From the NCBI RefSeq assembly GCF_964188315.1, contig NC_135655.1, forward strand, positions 82,150,001 through 82,214,000: 64,000 bases of DNA, read 5' to 3'. Shown piece by piece: positions 1-13,200 of this stretch; position 1 is the stretch's first letter, and the number at the start of each line of letters is the position of its first letter. Origin of the DNA: Podarcis muralis (Eukaryota). The notes under the pieces are model-generated. The model saw only the letters and a list, made by a program, of their open reading frames with translations, did no database searches and had not been told where the DNA came from. The translations under genes and the position numbers were made by a program.

Positions 1-68
1 AAGCTGCTTCTCAGTCTAGGATGATACCTTCCATACAAGTTAGACCTTCTCCAGATTGCAGGAGATAG
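1..68 (+). CDS. 3' end of an upstream type A olfactory receptor (partial, starts before the window)
   Basis: Reads (K)[24 protein letters not shown]. Nearly identical to the end of the OR at 2414-3406 ([25 protein letters not shown]), and the 3' flank is also similar. Confidence 0.8.
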   Translation, partial: AASQSRMIPSIQVRPSPDCRR

Positions 69-2384
69 CACTACACGTAAAAGGATGGTCCACAACATTT
101 TGTCTCATAACATGCAAATAAAACTGCTCTGCTGTTCGTTTATTCCAACACTTACAGTTTAAGCATGTGTAGCTGCTGATCTACCAGCATGGCAGCAAAT
201 CCTCCTCTTCTTCAACAATGCCTTTGGAATATTGCTACATCATGGTATAGCAACATTCAAAGCTGCAAGATTTTCTTGGGGCAAGTGTCTCGAAACACAC
301 TTGCAGATTACTTCTCCATGTTCCAGGAATAAGCTCATCCAGAACATGAACGACTATGAGAACTTTAATTATGCCAAGGTCAGGGTTTCCCATGGTGACC
401 CTTGCTCTATCCTTCCAGAGGACAGACTGCTGTCTGCCTGGGAGAGCTAGCCCCAAACTAGCATGCAGTTCACAATACTCAGGGACACAGCAATACTAAC
501 ATCTGTTCATTTGGTCTCGCTAGCGGAGTGTCCTCGTAAGGTACACAGAGAGCAACAGAAATGAGAACACCACTTTGCCAGAAATGAAGCTTTAGTCATA
601 AGTATAGCAAGTGGTACTTTAACATTAAACTGTGAAGGCAACCCCAGAGATGGGGTCTAGAGAGAGTGTAAATATTTTGGATGGCAGAGGGTGGGCGATT
701 TCAGTGAGTGGCAACTGAAATGCTTGTGTGTGAGTGAGAGAGAGGATATATTTCCATCTTTATAGTCCTCACACATTTTCCCCCAAGTAATACACATGCA
801 CACTCTTAAGATATATACTTTTTGAACAATTATCCACACACACCTACATGCCACCACTAGCAACACTACTAGAGTGATCCTGTTCTGGGCAAAAGGAAGG
901 AAAGAGCCATACCTTCCTTACTCAGACTCTGCCTGCCTGCACTATGAAAGTTAGGTGCATTGAATAAAGATCATGATGCTTCATTAAATGTAACTTGATA
1001 TAAAAAAAGTTATGTTTCTCAAATGTTCTTTTTGGGTATGGGGGCAACTGCAATTTGGCCTCCATTGACTTCACTGGGTAAATATTAGATAAATGTTTCG
1101 TATTGTCTTGTAAGCATGTGCTTGGGATCTGAGGTACTTCAGGGAGCATCAAGATTTCCCCACTAGTCATAATGAAAGCCAAGTTAACATAATTGTTTGT
1201 CATTATGGTAAAAAAAAAAAAAAAAAAGCCCTAGAGCCACAAAGCGTTGGAGTATATCTGGCTTCCTTCAAACCACTAGATGGATTTTGCTATTGGTTTC
1301 ACAAGGATTCAGGTTCACTTGCATTCAGGTGAGAAATCGCCTTGAAAGAAACAGAATGCTTTGAACTATTGAAGGCACAATGAAGTTTCAAGAAAGAGAG
1401 TAAGTTCAGGAGCATTTTCTCAGTTTATGTGAAAAAAGAATTGTGGTTATTAGTGCAACTATCTGACTGCTGCTTTATGCTGCTATTGCCTGAATATGCT
1501 TTAGACACAAATACACACACATCATTCCAACCGCAGATCTTAACAAGTTTTCTCTCTCTTCATTTTGGCAAATAAGGAAAAAGGAGAACGGTAGGGAACT
1601 TGAAAGACGCATTCACTGGTGAAATCTCTGCAGATACAGCATAGCGTCAGCAATTAATTCTCAAAACAGGAAAGATTTAGGGCAGCCTAACGCAAGGTGG
1701 TGCCCATCAGAATTTTAGATTGCAACTCTCACCATCCCTGATGATTGAACATGTAGGCTGGAAATGGCAATAGTTCAAAAATATCTGGAAGGCCTCAGGT
1801 TTGGAAAGGCTGCTCTAAGCAATAGTATTCAGTCTTCTTACTGGTCAAAACCCCTTTTAATTTTGATGGTCTGTGAGGAAGTATGTACATCTGCATTGAA
1901 ATGGAAGGCACACTTTGGTTATGAGGGCTCTATGTACATGGTCGAAGTCTGCAGTCAACTGGCTTCTTGGCTGTTTCTTCCTCTTTGAGACTTTGCATAT
2001 ACAGTACTTGTATTTTGGTTGTATAATTACACATGACTCTGCAATGTCTAACATTCCTACTAAAAACATTCCTACAAAAACCTAGTAGACGACAATCTGT
2101 TATTATATTTCATTGCCCCTTATCTTGCTTATAACCAAAGCCCATTCAAACACTGTTCACCATCAATGTATGTCCAGTATATTTAAGAAATGATATTGAT
2201 GTGCTAATCCTGTACAGGGTGTTTTTCACTGTGTGGTCACATCAATCAGAACAAAAGCTATTTCTGAGGAATAGTCCCATCTCTCCGCCTTCTCCAACAC
2301 TTTGATACAACATCAGAGACGAATTTGGGCTTTTTTCAGTATTTTAGTTCTTGGGTTTCTAAAAGAAAAAGCAATGCTGATTTC

Positions 2385-2413
2385 TGTGTTCTTCCTTTCT
2401 CCACAGCGTCACC
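2385..2413 (+). promoter_or_regulatory. Splice acceptor just before the type A OR start codon
   Basis: Polypyrimidine tract plus CAG (AG at 2405-2406), then CGTCACC-ATG. The same arrangement precedes the starts at 7149, 16531 and 25159. OR genes typically have a single coding exon and non-coding 5' exons. Confidence 0.7.
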
Positions 2414-3406
2414 ATGATGCAAACAGGAAACATCACGTTGGTGAACAGCTTCCTACTCACAGGGCTAACAGACCTTCCTCAGGTGGAAATTGCCCTCTTT
2501 GTGATCTTCTGTGCTGTCTATGCCACCACCCTGGTGGGGAATCTGGGCATGATTCTCTTAATCAGGTCCAGCCCACAACTGCAAACCCCCATGTACTTCT
2601 TACTTGGCAACCTGTCTTTCTTGGACATCTGTTACTCCTCATCTGTCACCCCAAAGTTCCTAACCAATCTCTTAAAAGTTAAAAAAGAAATTTCTTTTGC
2701 TGGTTGTTTTACTCAGCTTTTCTTTTATGCTGCATTTGGCACCACTGAGGGTTACCTGCTGGCAGTGATGGCCTATGACCGCTATGTGGCTATCTGCAAC
2801 CCATTGCTCTACTTAATCACCATGTCCCAAAGAAAGTGTATGCAGCTAGTAGGTCTTTCCTATGCAGCTGGGACAGTAAATGCTTTGGTGCACACTGTTG
2901 CTGCATCAAGGCTATCGTTTTGTGGACCAAACATCATCAATAATTTTTACTGTGAAATTCCTCCCATACTGGAGCTGGCCTGCTCAGACATCAATATCAA
3001 TGAAATCTTGCTCTTTGTCTTTGTTGGGTTCAATATAATAATAACCATTACGATTGTCCTCACCTCTTACACCTACATCCTGGCCACTATTTTAAAAGTC
3101 GATTCCACTAAGAGCCGAAGAAAAGCCTTTTCCACCTGCACATCTCACCTCATGGTTGTCACCATTTTCTATGGCTCTGTTAGCTTCATGTATACACGTC
3201 CCAGTTCTAGGCAGAATCACCACCTTGACAAAATAGCCTCTGTGTTCTATATAGTGGTAACTCCCATGCTGAACCCTTTGATCTACAGTCTGAGGAACCA
3301 GGAAGTCAGGACTGCCTTCCAAAAAATCCTGGGAAGAAAAGCTGCTTTTCAGTCTAGGATGATGCCTTCCATACAAGTTAGACCTTCTCCAGATCACAAG
3401 AGATAA
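2414..3406 (+). CDS. Olfactory receptor type A1 (OR5/8/9-like), 330 aa, with extended C-terminal tail
   Basis: Intact ORF with OR motifs: [50 protein letters not shown] and an N-terminal NIT sequon. Confidence 0.96.
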   Translation: MMQTGNITLVNSFLLTGLTDLPQVEIALFVIFCAVYATTLVGNLGMILLIRSSPQLQTPMYFLLGNLSFLDICYSSSVTPKFLTNLLKVKKEISFAGCFTQLFFYAAFGTTEGYLLAVMAYDRYVAICNPLLYLITMSQRKCMQLVGLSYAAGTVNALVHTVAASRLSFCGPNIINNFYCEIPPILELACSDININEILLFVFVGFNIIITITIVLTSYTYILATILKVDSTKSRRKAFSTCTSHLMVVTIFYGSVSFMYTRPSSRQNHHLDKIASVFYIVVTPMLNPLIYSLRNQEVRTAFQKILGRKAAFQSRMMPSIQVRPSPDHKR

Positions 3407-4699
3407 CACTTCAGGTAAAAGCAGCTCTGATAGAATATGGTCCATAAGTTTTAGTCTTTATGCAAATAAAACTATTCTGCTGTGCAAAAAGATCATTAGA
3501 ATTTAAAGCCAACTTTAAATCCTCAGATGAAATAGTTTCTCTGGCTAAAATCTGATATAGAATTTTATATGATATTCTAGCCACACTTGAGGGAGAAATC
3601 TAAGAATGAATAAGCATTACACAAGACTTTCCAACACTATGTTGTCAGCAGTTGGAACATCTCCAGAAGTAACCAAGCTGGAAATATAAATGAATCAAAG
3701 GCTTTTGAGTGTGGAGAACAGGAAAAGGGGACTTCCTTGAACTGAGATTAGCAGAGCAACTGCGAACCGAAACCGAGAGTGTACTTGAATCCAGTTGCAC
3801 CATGGGACAGCTAACATTTTCTGACAATGAACTCCTTCTCTGAATGTTGATCCTTATATAAGCAAGACAGCAACATCCATGCACAAGAATGAGTCATCGA
3901 AAATCAACAAGGCATTGCAGCATCTGATCAAGTGTTGCGGGGGACGTGCCATTTCCCATGCTGATACAAAATGTGATAAGGTGGACTCTAACAGACCCAA
4001 CAGCATCCACCTAACTCCTGCAGGGAATGAGTGCTGGATAGCGGATGTGTTTTAGGGCATCTCCCATTGCTTACAGTTGTAGGTGGTTTGGTGGTGAGGC
4101 ATCTTAACGGTCTGGCGGTTAAGGCATTGATTTGAATCCTAGCCTTCAAGCGTGGGGTGATGTGGTGCATCACCCACTACGAACCAGTGGTGTTTTCAGG
4201 GTACCCTGTTGAAGGAGTCTCAGTGGATGTCCCTGTCCTGAAGCCAAGTGTGTGGCAGAAGCCAACATCTTGTGGAGGCTACAATCCTGGCACGATCCTG
4301 CAGCTGTTCCAGTCCTCCAGCAGGAGGTTGGAATAGATACACCCAATGCCAGAGCCAAAATTCCTACTACATTCTGTAATCAATAAAGTTGTGGCCATTA
4401 TTAATCCAGATTGTTGTCTGCCTGAGTTATTGATCATATATTACAAATAGACACTGACACGGGGTGGGCGGCACTGTGCCTGGGGCCACAACTAAATATG
4501 CACACCACATGTTTTTGTGGACAGAATCTCTGTGCCATTTAAAAGCTGCATAACAGGTCCAGAACAAGAGATGAGCCCCTTTCCATTATTGCATCTTTAA
4601 GTGGAGGCTCCTATGGTCCGATTCACATGAGGAAACACCAGGTGAGAGAATTACAGGGATATATGGACAAGCTATGGACATTTCTGGACAAGCTATGGA

Positions 4700-5152
4700 C
4701 AATTCTATTTCTATGCAACTTTTGCCACAAAAGAGTGTTACCTCCTGGCTGCTGTGGAATATACATGGTCATCTGCAATCCACTCATCTACACAGTCACC
4801 GTGTCTCAGAAGGTTTGTGTTTTTCTGGTGGCTGGTTCATACATTGCCGGCTCTGTCTGTTCCCTGATACACAAAGGTTGTTTGACTCGTTTATCGTTTT
4901 GTAGTCCTAATGTCACTGATCATTTTTACTGTGAAAGTTCTCCACTCTTTCAACTTTCCTGTTCTGATACAAGTGTCAATGAGTTTGTGATGTTTGCATA
5001 TGTTAGCTTTAACCTGAAAAGCACCCATCTGACAGTCCTTTGACAGTGACACCCTGCTATCATTGTCACTATTTTGACAATCCGCTCATCTGAGGGCAGG
5101 CACAAAGGCTTCTTCACCTGCTCCTCTCACCTGCTGGCTGTCACTATCCTTC
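4700..5152 (+). pseudogene. Type B OR pseudogene fragment (TM3 to TM6), truncated at both ends
   Basis: Aligns by eye to the type B CDS (caattctatttctatgcaacttttgcc...ctgctggctgtca). A small deletion removes the DRY codons and shifts the frame, and there is a stop at 5041-5043. Confidence 0.9.
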
Positions 5153-6233
5153 TACTCCCTTTGAGAATTAGATTGATCGGCTGTGGTACTTAGTGCTATA
5201 TGAGTTATTATTACCTTATATACCAAATGTACGACTTCTTAAGCGGTCTTTCAGAATGTATGAGAGATTTTAATTTGGCTGAAATCAGCTTCACTACATG
5301 ACTATGAGGTCAATTTTAGATATTTTCTTGTATGTTCTTGGGATGTGAGGTACTTCAGGGAGCATTAAGATTTCCCCAATGATCCAAAAGAAAGCAAAGG
5401 CAACATCATGGTTTGCTGTGACAATAAAAAGCCCTAGAGCCATGTAGAACACAAATAGATCTGGCTTTCTTCACATCACTAGAAGCATTTTGCTATTGGT
5501 TTTGCAAGTCAATGGTTCACTTGCACCGAAGACTCAGCTTGAAAGAGTCAGAAAGCTTCAAGCTATTAAAGACACAACTGAACTTTGAGGAAGACAGTAA
5601 GTTCAGATGTATTTTTTCAGTCATGTGAGAAGGCCATTGTGACACTAGCACAGCTGTTTTGCTGCCACTGCATATTAGTATTGCTGGAATATGCTTTAGC
5701 CATGTGTAATATTTCACTAGCAAGAAGTTTTTGGGGTTTTTTTTGGAAATAAGAAAGGGTGAATCATTTGGATCCTCAGAGAAGCATTAATTGATGTACC
5801 CTCTGCAGATACAACATGCATGATGGTGTACAAAAGCACCTGGAATTAATTCTCAACAAAAGACAGTTATAGGACAGTTTTCCCCAAGTTGCTACCCACC
5901 CACTGTCTTAGACTACAGCTCCCATCATCTCTGATAATCGAACACAGTATTTGAAACTAATTGTAGCTGTAGCCCAACAATATATGGAGATGGTTGATTG
6001 AGGCAATAGTTCTCTGTCTTTCTGCCTGTCAGGAACCCTTTTCATTTTGGCAGTGTTTGGGGAACTATGTATCTCACATGGAAATGGATTATCTTGGGTA
6101 TATGTCTCCTTTGGGCATGTTGGCTGCTCTGGTATGCCTACATTTTGGCAGCCACTTATATGCTCTGAGATACCTATGATATAGACTTTGGGTCCTTCAC
6201 TGTATATCATTGTATCATTATATAACACTCCTA

Positions 6234-6548
6234 AAGGTCCAGTCGTGGACGACTCTGGGGTTGTGCACTCATCTCGCTCTATAGGCCGAGGGAGCCGGCA
6301 TTTGTCCGCAGACAGCTTCCAGGTCATGTGACCAGTATAACTAAGCTGCTTCTGGCGAACCAGAGCAGTGCACGGAAACGCCATTTACCTATCTACTTGC
6401 ACTTTGACATGCTTTCAAACTGCTAGGTGGGCTGGAGCTGGGACAGAAAAACAGGAGCTCACGTCGTCATGGGGATTCAAACTGCCGACCTTCTGATCGG
6501 CAAGCCCAGACTCTGTGGTTTAGACCACAGTGCCACCTACGTCCATCT
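6234..6548 (-). mobile_element. Sauria-type SINE (tRNA-derived head)
   Basis: Reverse complement resembles the copy at 32515-32875. Flanked by an ACTCCTA duplication (6227-6233 and 6549-6555). Absent at the matching site in U3 and U4. Confidence 0.85.
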
Positions 6549-6790
6549 ACTCCTATTTGCCTATAAAAACCTTGCTGAAAATAGTGTTCAGTTATTTTTC
6601 ATTTCAGTTTACTGTGCTGAAAACCATAACTCATTCAAAATATTGTTCAATATCAATGAGATATTTAGGAAATGACAGAGGTTTGATGAAGCTGTAGCAG
6701 CACACTGAACATTTTTCATTGCGTGGAGAGCATCTACCAGAACATAATATTCTTCTGAGGGATCCTCTCATTTCATTTGCTTTTCCAATA

Positions 6791-7031
6791 CAGTAGTACA
6801 TCGGGTTTAGTAATTAATTGGTTCCGGAGGTCGGTTCTTAACCTGAAACTGTTCTTAACCTGAAGCAGCACTTTAGCTAATGGGGCCTCCTCCTGCTGCT
6901 GCATCGCCGGAGCACGATTTCGTTCTCATCCTGAAGCAAAGTTCTTAACCCGAGGTACTATTTCTGGGTCAGCGGAGTCTGTAACCTGAAGCGTATGTAA
7001 CCTGAAGCGTATGTAACCTGAGGTACCACTG
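6791..7031. mobile_element. Tc1/mariner-type MITE (CAGTGGTACCTC TIR family)
   Basis: TA-cagtagtacatc...gaggtaccactg-TA. Same family as 19898-20157 and 53749-53990. Absent in U3 and U4. Confidence 0.85.
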
Positions 7032-7148
7032 TAAAGCATTAACAGAGGCACCTTCCCCACTATGCTTGTGTCAGTCTTTTAGCCCCTGGGAGTCTAAAAG
7101 AACAAGCAATGCTGACTTCTGTGTTCTTCCCCTCTCCACAGCGTCACC

Positions 7149-8108
7149 ATGATGCAAACGGTAAACATCACGTTGGTGGACAGCTTCCTACTCACAGGGC
7201 TAACAGACCTTCCTCAGGTGGAAATTGCCCTCTTTGTGATCTTCTGTGCTGTCTATGCCACCACCCTGGTGGGGAATTTGGGCATGGTTCTCTTAATCAG
7301 ATCCAGCCCACAATTGCAAACCCCAATGTACTTCTTACTTGGCAACCTGTCTTTCTTGGACATCTGTTACTCCTCATCCGTCACCCCAAAGTTCCTAAGC
7401 AATCTCTTAAAGGAGAAGAAAGTAATTTCTTTTGCTGATTGTTTTACTCAGCTTTTCTTTTATGGTGCATTTGCCACCACTGAGTGTTACCTGCTGGCAG
7501 TGATGGCCTATGACCGCTACGTGGCTATCTGCAACCCACTGCTTTACTTAATCACCATGTCCCAAAGAAAGTGCATTGAGCTAGTTGCTCTTTCCTATGT
7601 GGCAGGGACAGTAAATGCTTTGGTGCACACTGTTGCTGCATCAAGGCTATCCTTTTGTGGTCCAAACATCATTCAGAATTTTTACTGTGAAGTTCCTCCC
7701 ATTCTGCAGCTGTCCTGCTCAGACATTAGTCTCAATGAAATTTTGATGTTCATCTTTGTTGGGTTCAATATTATAGCAACCACTTCGACTATTCTCTCCT
7801 CTTACACTTATGTTCTGGTCACTATTTTAAAGACCCACTGTGCTAGGAGCCGAAGAAAAACCTTTTCCACCTGCACATCTCACCTCATGGTTGTCACCAT
7901 TTTTTATGGATTTGGTAGCCTCATGTATGCAAGACCCAGTTCTAGGCAAACCCACCACCTTGACAAAATAGCCTCTGTGTTCTATGTAGTGGTCACTCCC
8001 ATGCTGAACCCTTTGATCTACAGTCTGAGGAACCAAGAGGTCAGAAGTGCCTTCCGAAAAACCTTGGGAAGGAAAATTGTGTTTTTCCAAAGGTTTTTTA
8101 TAAAATAG
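7149..8108 (+). CDS. Olfactory receptor type A2, 319 aa
   Basis: Intact ORF with all canonical OR motifs. Close paralog of A3 and A4. Confidence 0.96.
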   Translation: MMQTVNITLVDSFLLTGLTDLPQVEIALFVIFCAVYATTLVGNLGMVLLIRSSPQLQTPMYFLLGNLSFLDICYSSSVTPKFLSNLLKEKKVISFADCFTQLFFYGAFATTECYLLAVMAYDRYVAICNPLLYLITMSQRKCIELVALSYVAGTVNALVHTVAASRLSFCGPNIIQNFYCEVPPILQLSCSDISLNEILMFIFVGFNIIATTSTILSSYTYVLVTILKTHCARSRRKTFSTCTSHLMVVTIFYGFGSLMYARPSSRQTHHLDKIASVFYVVVTPMLNPLIYSLRNQEVRSAFRKTLGRKIVFFQRFFIK

Positions 8109-8198
8109 ATGGTGGCCCCTACTTCCATGACTTTTGCTTTCCTTACAACATCTCTACATATTGTAATTTAAGAAAGGGGTGGGCAAGAACTTTGGGCC

Positions 8199-8650
8199 TG
8201 GTTGTTTGACTCATTTATCTTTCTGTGGCTCTAATGTTATTGGTCATTTTAACTTGGAAGGTACGCCACTCTTACAACTTTCCTGTTCCTGTAAAAGTGT
8301 CAATAAGTGTGTTGGGTTTGCATTTGTTTGCTTAAACCCGATAAGCACCCTTTTGACAGCCCTTACGTCTTATGCTTCTACCATTATCACTATTTTGAGA
8401 ATCCGCTCAGCTGAGAGGAAAGGCAGAAAGCCTTCTCCACCGGCTCCTCTCACCTGCTGGCTGTCATCATCCTTTATGGCAGCTTGATCTTTATGTATCT
8501 CCAACCTAATACATCAACAAAGGGAAACAAAGTTGCCTCTCTCCTGTATGCTGTGGTAATCCCCATGCTAAACCCTCTCATCTACAGCTTGAGGAGTAAG
8601 GAAGTGAAGATTGCTTTGAGACGTATATTTCGTAAAGATGTCAATGATTC
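8199..8650 (+). pseudogene. 3' half of a type B OR joined directly to the A2 3' flank
   Basis: [17 protein letters not shown]...[20 protein letters not shown] +2 frameshift near 8415 (gctgagaggaaaggcagaaagcc versus gctgagggcaggcacaaagcc). No 5' half. Confidence 0.9.
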
Positions 8651-9726
8651 GTATTTAGATAAAACTTTGTTTATGGGCTGCTGGGTGATTGCCGCTGTGT
8701 AGCTGGCTGACGGTTGACTGGAATACTAACATGTGGGGGGAGGTCATGGTGGAAGCAGATCGCAGTGAGTCAGAAGCAAGGCCATGAACAGATATTTCCA
8801 GGACTACATTCCAATATAACATGTTCCATAACCACCTCATCTGAAAGAACCAAGAGCAGAGTTTAGCATCTGCTCAGTGAAACCTACAAGACTCAAGGGG
8901 CATCTTCTTTGAGGAGGAGAACAGCCAAGAAGTTGTAGGGCTCGCTAAACCTCCTGCTGTGTAAATCTAAGTGGTGTGCAGAGACGACTTTATTGTGTTT
9001 TCATAATAGCCCCCAAAGATCTGTTGAGAAGTCAGATTTTCCCCATGTGAGCTCAGTCCCTCTGCCCTGCTCCCAACCACAGGGTTTTAAGCAGCAATTA
9101 AACATGCAGTCAAGGTAGGAGGAGACACATATAGGCAACTTGTGATAGCTCCTCCTCTTCCTCCTCTTCACCATCTTACACCCCCAGACTGTTTTGAGGT
9201 AGGCCTGTGCTGCCTCAGGATGATCTTACAATGCTGCAGCTATGGGATGATGATAATGATGATGATGATTGATTGTTATATGTGCCTTGTTTGGTGTTTC
9301 ATATTTTACATTGCAAGATTGAGGTGCCATTTGTGAAATTTAAGGTGGAATGTGAACTTTAAAATGAAATAAATATATATCACACTTTATTTATTAGAAC
9401 CATATATATGAATTCCAATAATTTCAACTTCTAAGATATAAATACAATCTCAGTGAATCCTGTCATTTAGAAATCTCACCCAAATGGCCTTTCTGTGCAT
9501 TATAATCAGATAATGGTGTTCCCACCCCTAGGATGTGAATGAATATCCCATGTCACAGAGGGTAGTAGTGAGGTTTCTGGTGCTATCAACTGGTCCTTGG
9601 AGACTTTTTCTTTTTGCCTACTGAACCCTGCCTTGATTTGAAATTGATTCTAGCTGGATTTCTCAGGCTATTCAGTTTGGCACCTACCATGGGAAGTCAG
9701 GTGGATTTTAGCAATCACAATGGAAA

Positions 9727-10156
9727 TCATGGAACTTTGAAGTGTCAGGCATAGCTCTAATGGCTTTAGCCCAAACGTAGCAGAGTTTTCCTGCACAGCG
9801 AAGAAGCTAGTTGAGGTGGAAATGACTAGTCAGCTAGACTCAGAATAACTATTTACAGGATTTATTAAAAGGAAAAATAAAACCAGCAGAGTCTGCATCC
9901 AAAACAAAGCAAAATAAATCCTTTCTTTCTCTCTCTCTCTCTTAACCATACACAGCACTCCTACTCCTAACACACCTAACCCAAACTGTGCTAGCATTCC
10001 TAGATAACAGAGTTGAGTGCTGGTCATTAACCAATCAGAGTAAGTAGTTTCTAGGTCAAGCAGACCTTGGCTTTCTGCCAAGAGTAAATTGACACTGCCT
10101 TGTGTGAAGCCAAAATCTGTAAGTTTTCATGAGAATCAATTAACAGAAACTGAACA
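9727..10156 (-). repeat. copia-1 3' LTR (430 bp)
   Basis: Direct repeat of 14418-14854. Preceded on the element strand by the polypurine run GAGGGGG (10163-10157). Confidence 0.95.
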
Positions 10157-10210
10157 CCCCCTCACAGATTCTGCTGGACAATTAACATCAAATAACACCT
10201 ATGTAGGAGA

Positions 10211-13200
10211 TTATTTTTCCAGCAAACCTAAACCCTTGCACATTTGCTTGTTCTTTATCTTTGCCAATGGTTTTGTTAATACATCTGCTACATTTTCTTC
10301 ACTTGATACATAAGTACATGTGATTATATTGTCTTGTACACAGCAACGTACATTTTGGTATTTTACAGAGATATGTTTGGAACGTGATTTGAAACCCTCT
10401 GTTTTACTTAAGGTTATACAAGCCTGATTATCAATGTAAACTTGTACTGGTTCTCAACAATTGACATTTAAATCTGCTAACAAATGCTTGAAATAAATCA
10501 CCTCGTTGCACAATTCACTCAATGCGGCGTACTCGGATTCCGTTGATGACACACTTACAACGTCTTGCTTGTGTGACCGCCAGCTGATTAAAGCTCCACC
10601 GACCATTATGACTAGTCCTGTGACAGATTTTCTATCTGGCAAATTTCCCCAGTCACTATCACAGTAGCAACTCAACATTTCATCCTCTGAAGAATTTAAT
10701 TGTAACATATAGCCAATTGTCTGTTTGAGGTATCTCAGAACTTGTTTTACCCCTTTCCAGGCATTTAGTGTGGGTTTTGAGACCAATCTACTTAATATGC
10801 CTACTGCATAGCTAATATCAGGTCTGGACCACTGTGCTAGATACAATAAACTTCCAATTACAGAATGATATACATCAGGATGTTCAAATTCAGGACTCTC
10901 ATCTATATGAAGTGTTTTTATGAAACCTGGATCCATAGGCACCACTGTCCCTTTGCAATCCTGCATTCCGTATGTAGTCAGTAGTTGTTTAACTTTGTTC
11001 TGCTGACTAATTAGGCAGCTGCCATCTTGGGCCCAGCACACTTCCAACCCTAGATATGTCCTAACCGGGCCTAAGTCTTTCATTTTGAACTTACTGGACA
11101 ATTGCTTGGCAAACCTTTTAGTTTGTTTATCTGTTTTGCAAGCATACAATACATCATCTACATAAATCAGACAAAACTCTTGATCACTGCCTGTACCACG
11201 TACATAAACACAATTGCCAGCTGTACTCTGCTTGAAACCAAATGACACTAAGGCCTCATGGAAACATTTGTTCCAAGATCTTGCAGCCTGTTTGAGACCA
11301 TATAGAGCTTTGTTTAATTTCAACACTCTATTGGAACCTGTCTCATAACCAGGCGGTTCGGCTAGATACAGGTCTTCTGATATTGATGCATGTAAATATG
11401 CAGTCTGGATATCAAAATGGTTTAACAGGAGTTTTCTCTTTGCTCCAAGCGTTAGAATCAGCCTTACACTGTCCCCCTTAGCAGTAGGGGAAAAAGTCTC
11501 GTCATAATCTTTTCCAGGCCTCTGAGAGTATCCTTGAGCCACTAAACGAGCTTTGTATTTGTACTTTCCTGTCACCAGAGGCTTAAGTTTGTACACCCAC
11601 CTGCAGCCTACAATCTTTGCCCCCTCAGGCGCTGCTACTGGTGTAAAGACCTTGTGCTCATTCAGAGAGGACATCTCTTCCTCCATTGCCTGTTTCCAGA
11701 GCTCTGCCTCCTCTTTTGGTAACTTTAACACCTCCTGAAAACTCTTGGGCTTTGCAATTACACTAAACACATTTGCAGTATCTGGAGAAAAATGCACCGG
11801 AGGCACTCCTTTGTTTTGTCTTTTAGATCTTCTGGGAGAATTTTTTTCTTCTGACCCACTTTCCTCCTCAGAACTACGACCTCTCTTTTGTTGCTTAGCA
11901 ACTGGTCTCTGGCTAATTCCACTTTCTTGAGAGCTCTTATCTGAACTTTCCTCCCCCTCAGACTCTGATTCTCTATGTTTACCTTCAGAGTCATGAAGCT
12001 CCTGGGAAGGTTCAAACCAAACCTCAGTATTGGCATGTTGTCTCTCCCAGCCACTATGTTCACAAAAATTGGCATTCCTGGAGATCACAATGCCATTTGT
12101 CCCTTCAGCAAAGCGGAAACCTTTTCCCAGCTCCTGGTAACCCACAAACACTAACTGTTTGGTCTTAGGATCTCCCTTCTTTCTCATTTGTCTTGGAATT
12201 AATACCCAGGCTTTTGATCCAAACACATGCAAATGGTCAATTTTGGGTTTTTTCTGAAACAATTTAAAGTACGGAGTTGTACCTATTGTTTGATGAAAGA
12301 GCCTATTTTGGAGATAACACGCGGTGAGCATGCTCTCCCCCCAATAAGACATGGGCAAATCAGCATCATCAAGCATGGCAAACATCATATTTTGTAAAGA
12401 TCTGTGTTTTTGCTCTGCAACGCCATTCTCCTCTGGGGAAAAAGCGTTCATTTTTCTATGCCCAATGCCACGATTTTGTAACCAATCTCTAAAAGCATTT
12501 GACATAAATTCGCCACCTCTGTCCGTCTGAATCCTTCTGAGTTTAATGGAAAGAAATCTTTCCACAGATGCCACCCAGCCTTTAAACTTAGTGAACACGT
12601 CACCCCTATTCTTCATGGGAAAAACCCAAGAGTAACGCGTGGCGTCATCCACAATTGTTAATGAAAAATGTGATCCACCCCTGCTTACTGCAAATGGACC
12701 AATTACGTCCATGTGAACCAGCTGTAGCAGTGACTCACTAACTCTGTCACTTCTGGGGTAAGAGAGTCTGTGGGTTTTAACCTTTTTACAAACATTACAA
12801 TCAAGGTACTTGTTACAACTCTTTAAATCACCCCCAACAGCCAATTCAGACATTTTTAGTACACTTTTCCAGCCAGAATGCCCCATTTTCCTATGCAATA
12901 AGTGGACACAGTTGTCATGTATAGCTTTGTTATTCACTGCAGGCTGAGATTTACTGACTACTGCTGCAACTTGAGATCCTGCTTTAAGCCAAAACAAGCC
13001 TCCCTCTGACTAAGCAGTGCCTAAAATCTCACCAGCCTTCTTAATAATGCAACTGTCTCCTTCAAAATGCACTTTAAACCCAGCTTTTAGCAAACAATCT
13101 ACAGATATCAGATTGCTCCTTAATGAAGGCACACAAAGTACATTTTGCAGGCATTCACGAAGACAAGGAACAAAAACTGCACCCCCCAAAATCACTTCGG

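Larger units (their letters stand above)
5160..8840 (+). repeat. Segmental duplication unit U2 (type A upstream region, OR A2, type B fragment)
   Basis: Colinear with 15213-18134 and 23642-26200, and more distantly with about 1100-3500. Confidence 0.85.

Noticed and set aside
2302-2682. Alternative-frame ORF overlapping the start of every type A gene (also 7109, 16488, 25116)
   Set aside because: Its recurrence follows from near-identical paralogs. Its ATG lies upstream of the splice acceptor, in the putative intron, and its length varies between copies.
3092-3445. Antisense ORFs over OR C-termini (also 7827, 25834, 59730)
   Set aside because: Shadow ORFs of the OR coding strand with no independent motifs.
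3933-4460. LTR-like stretch with a TG start and AATAAA
   Set aside because: No matching terminus and TSD pair found, so it is not called.
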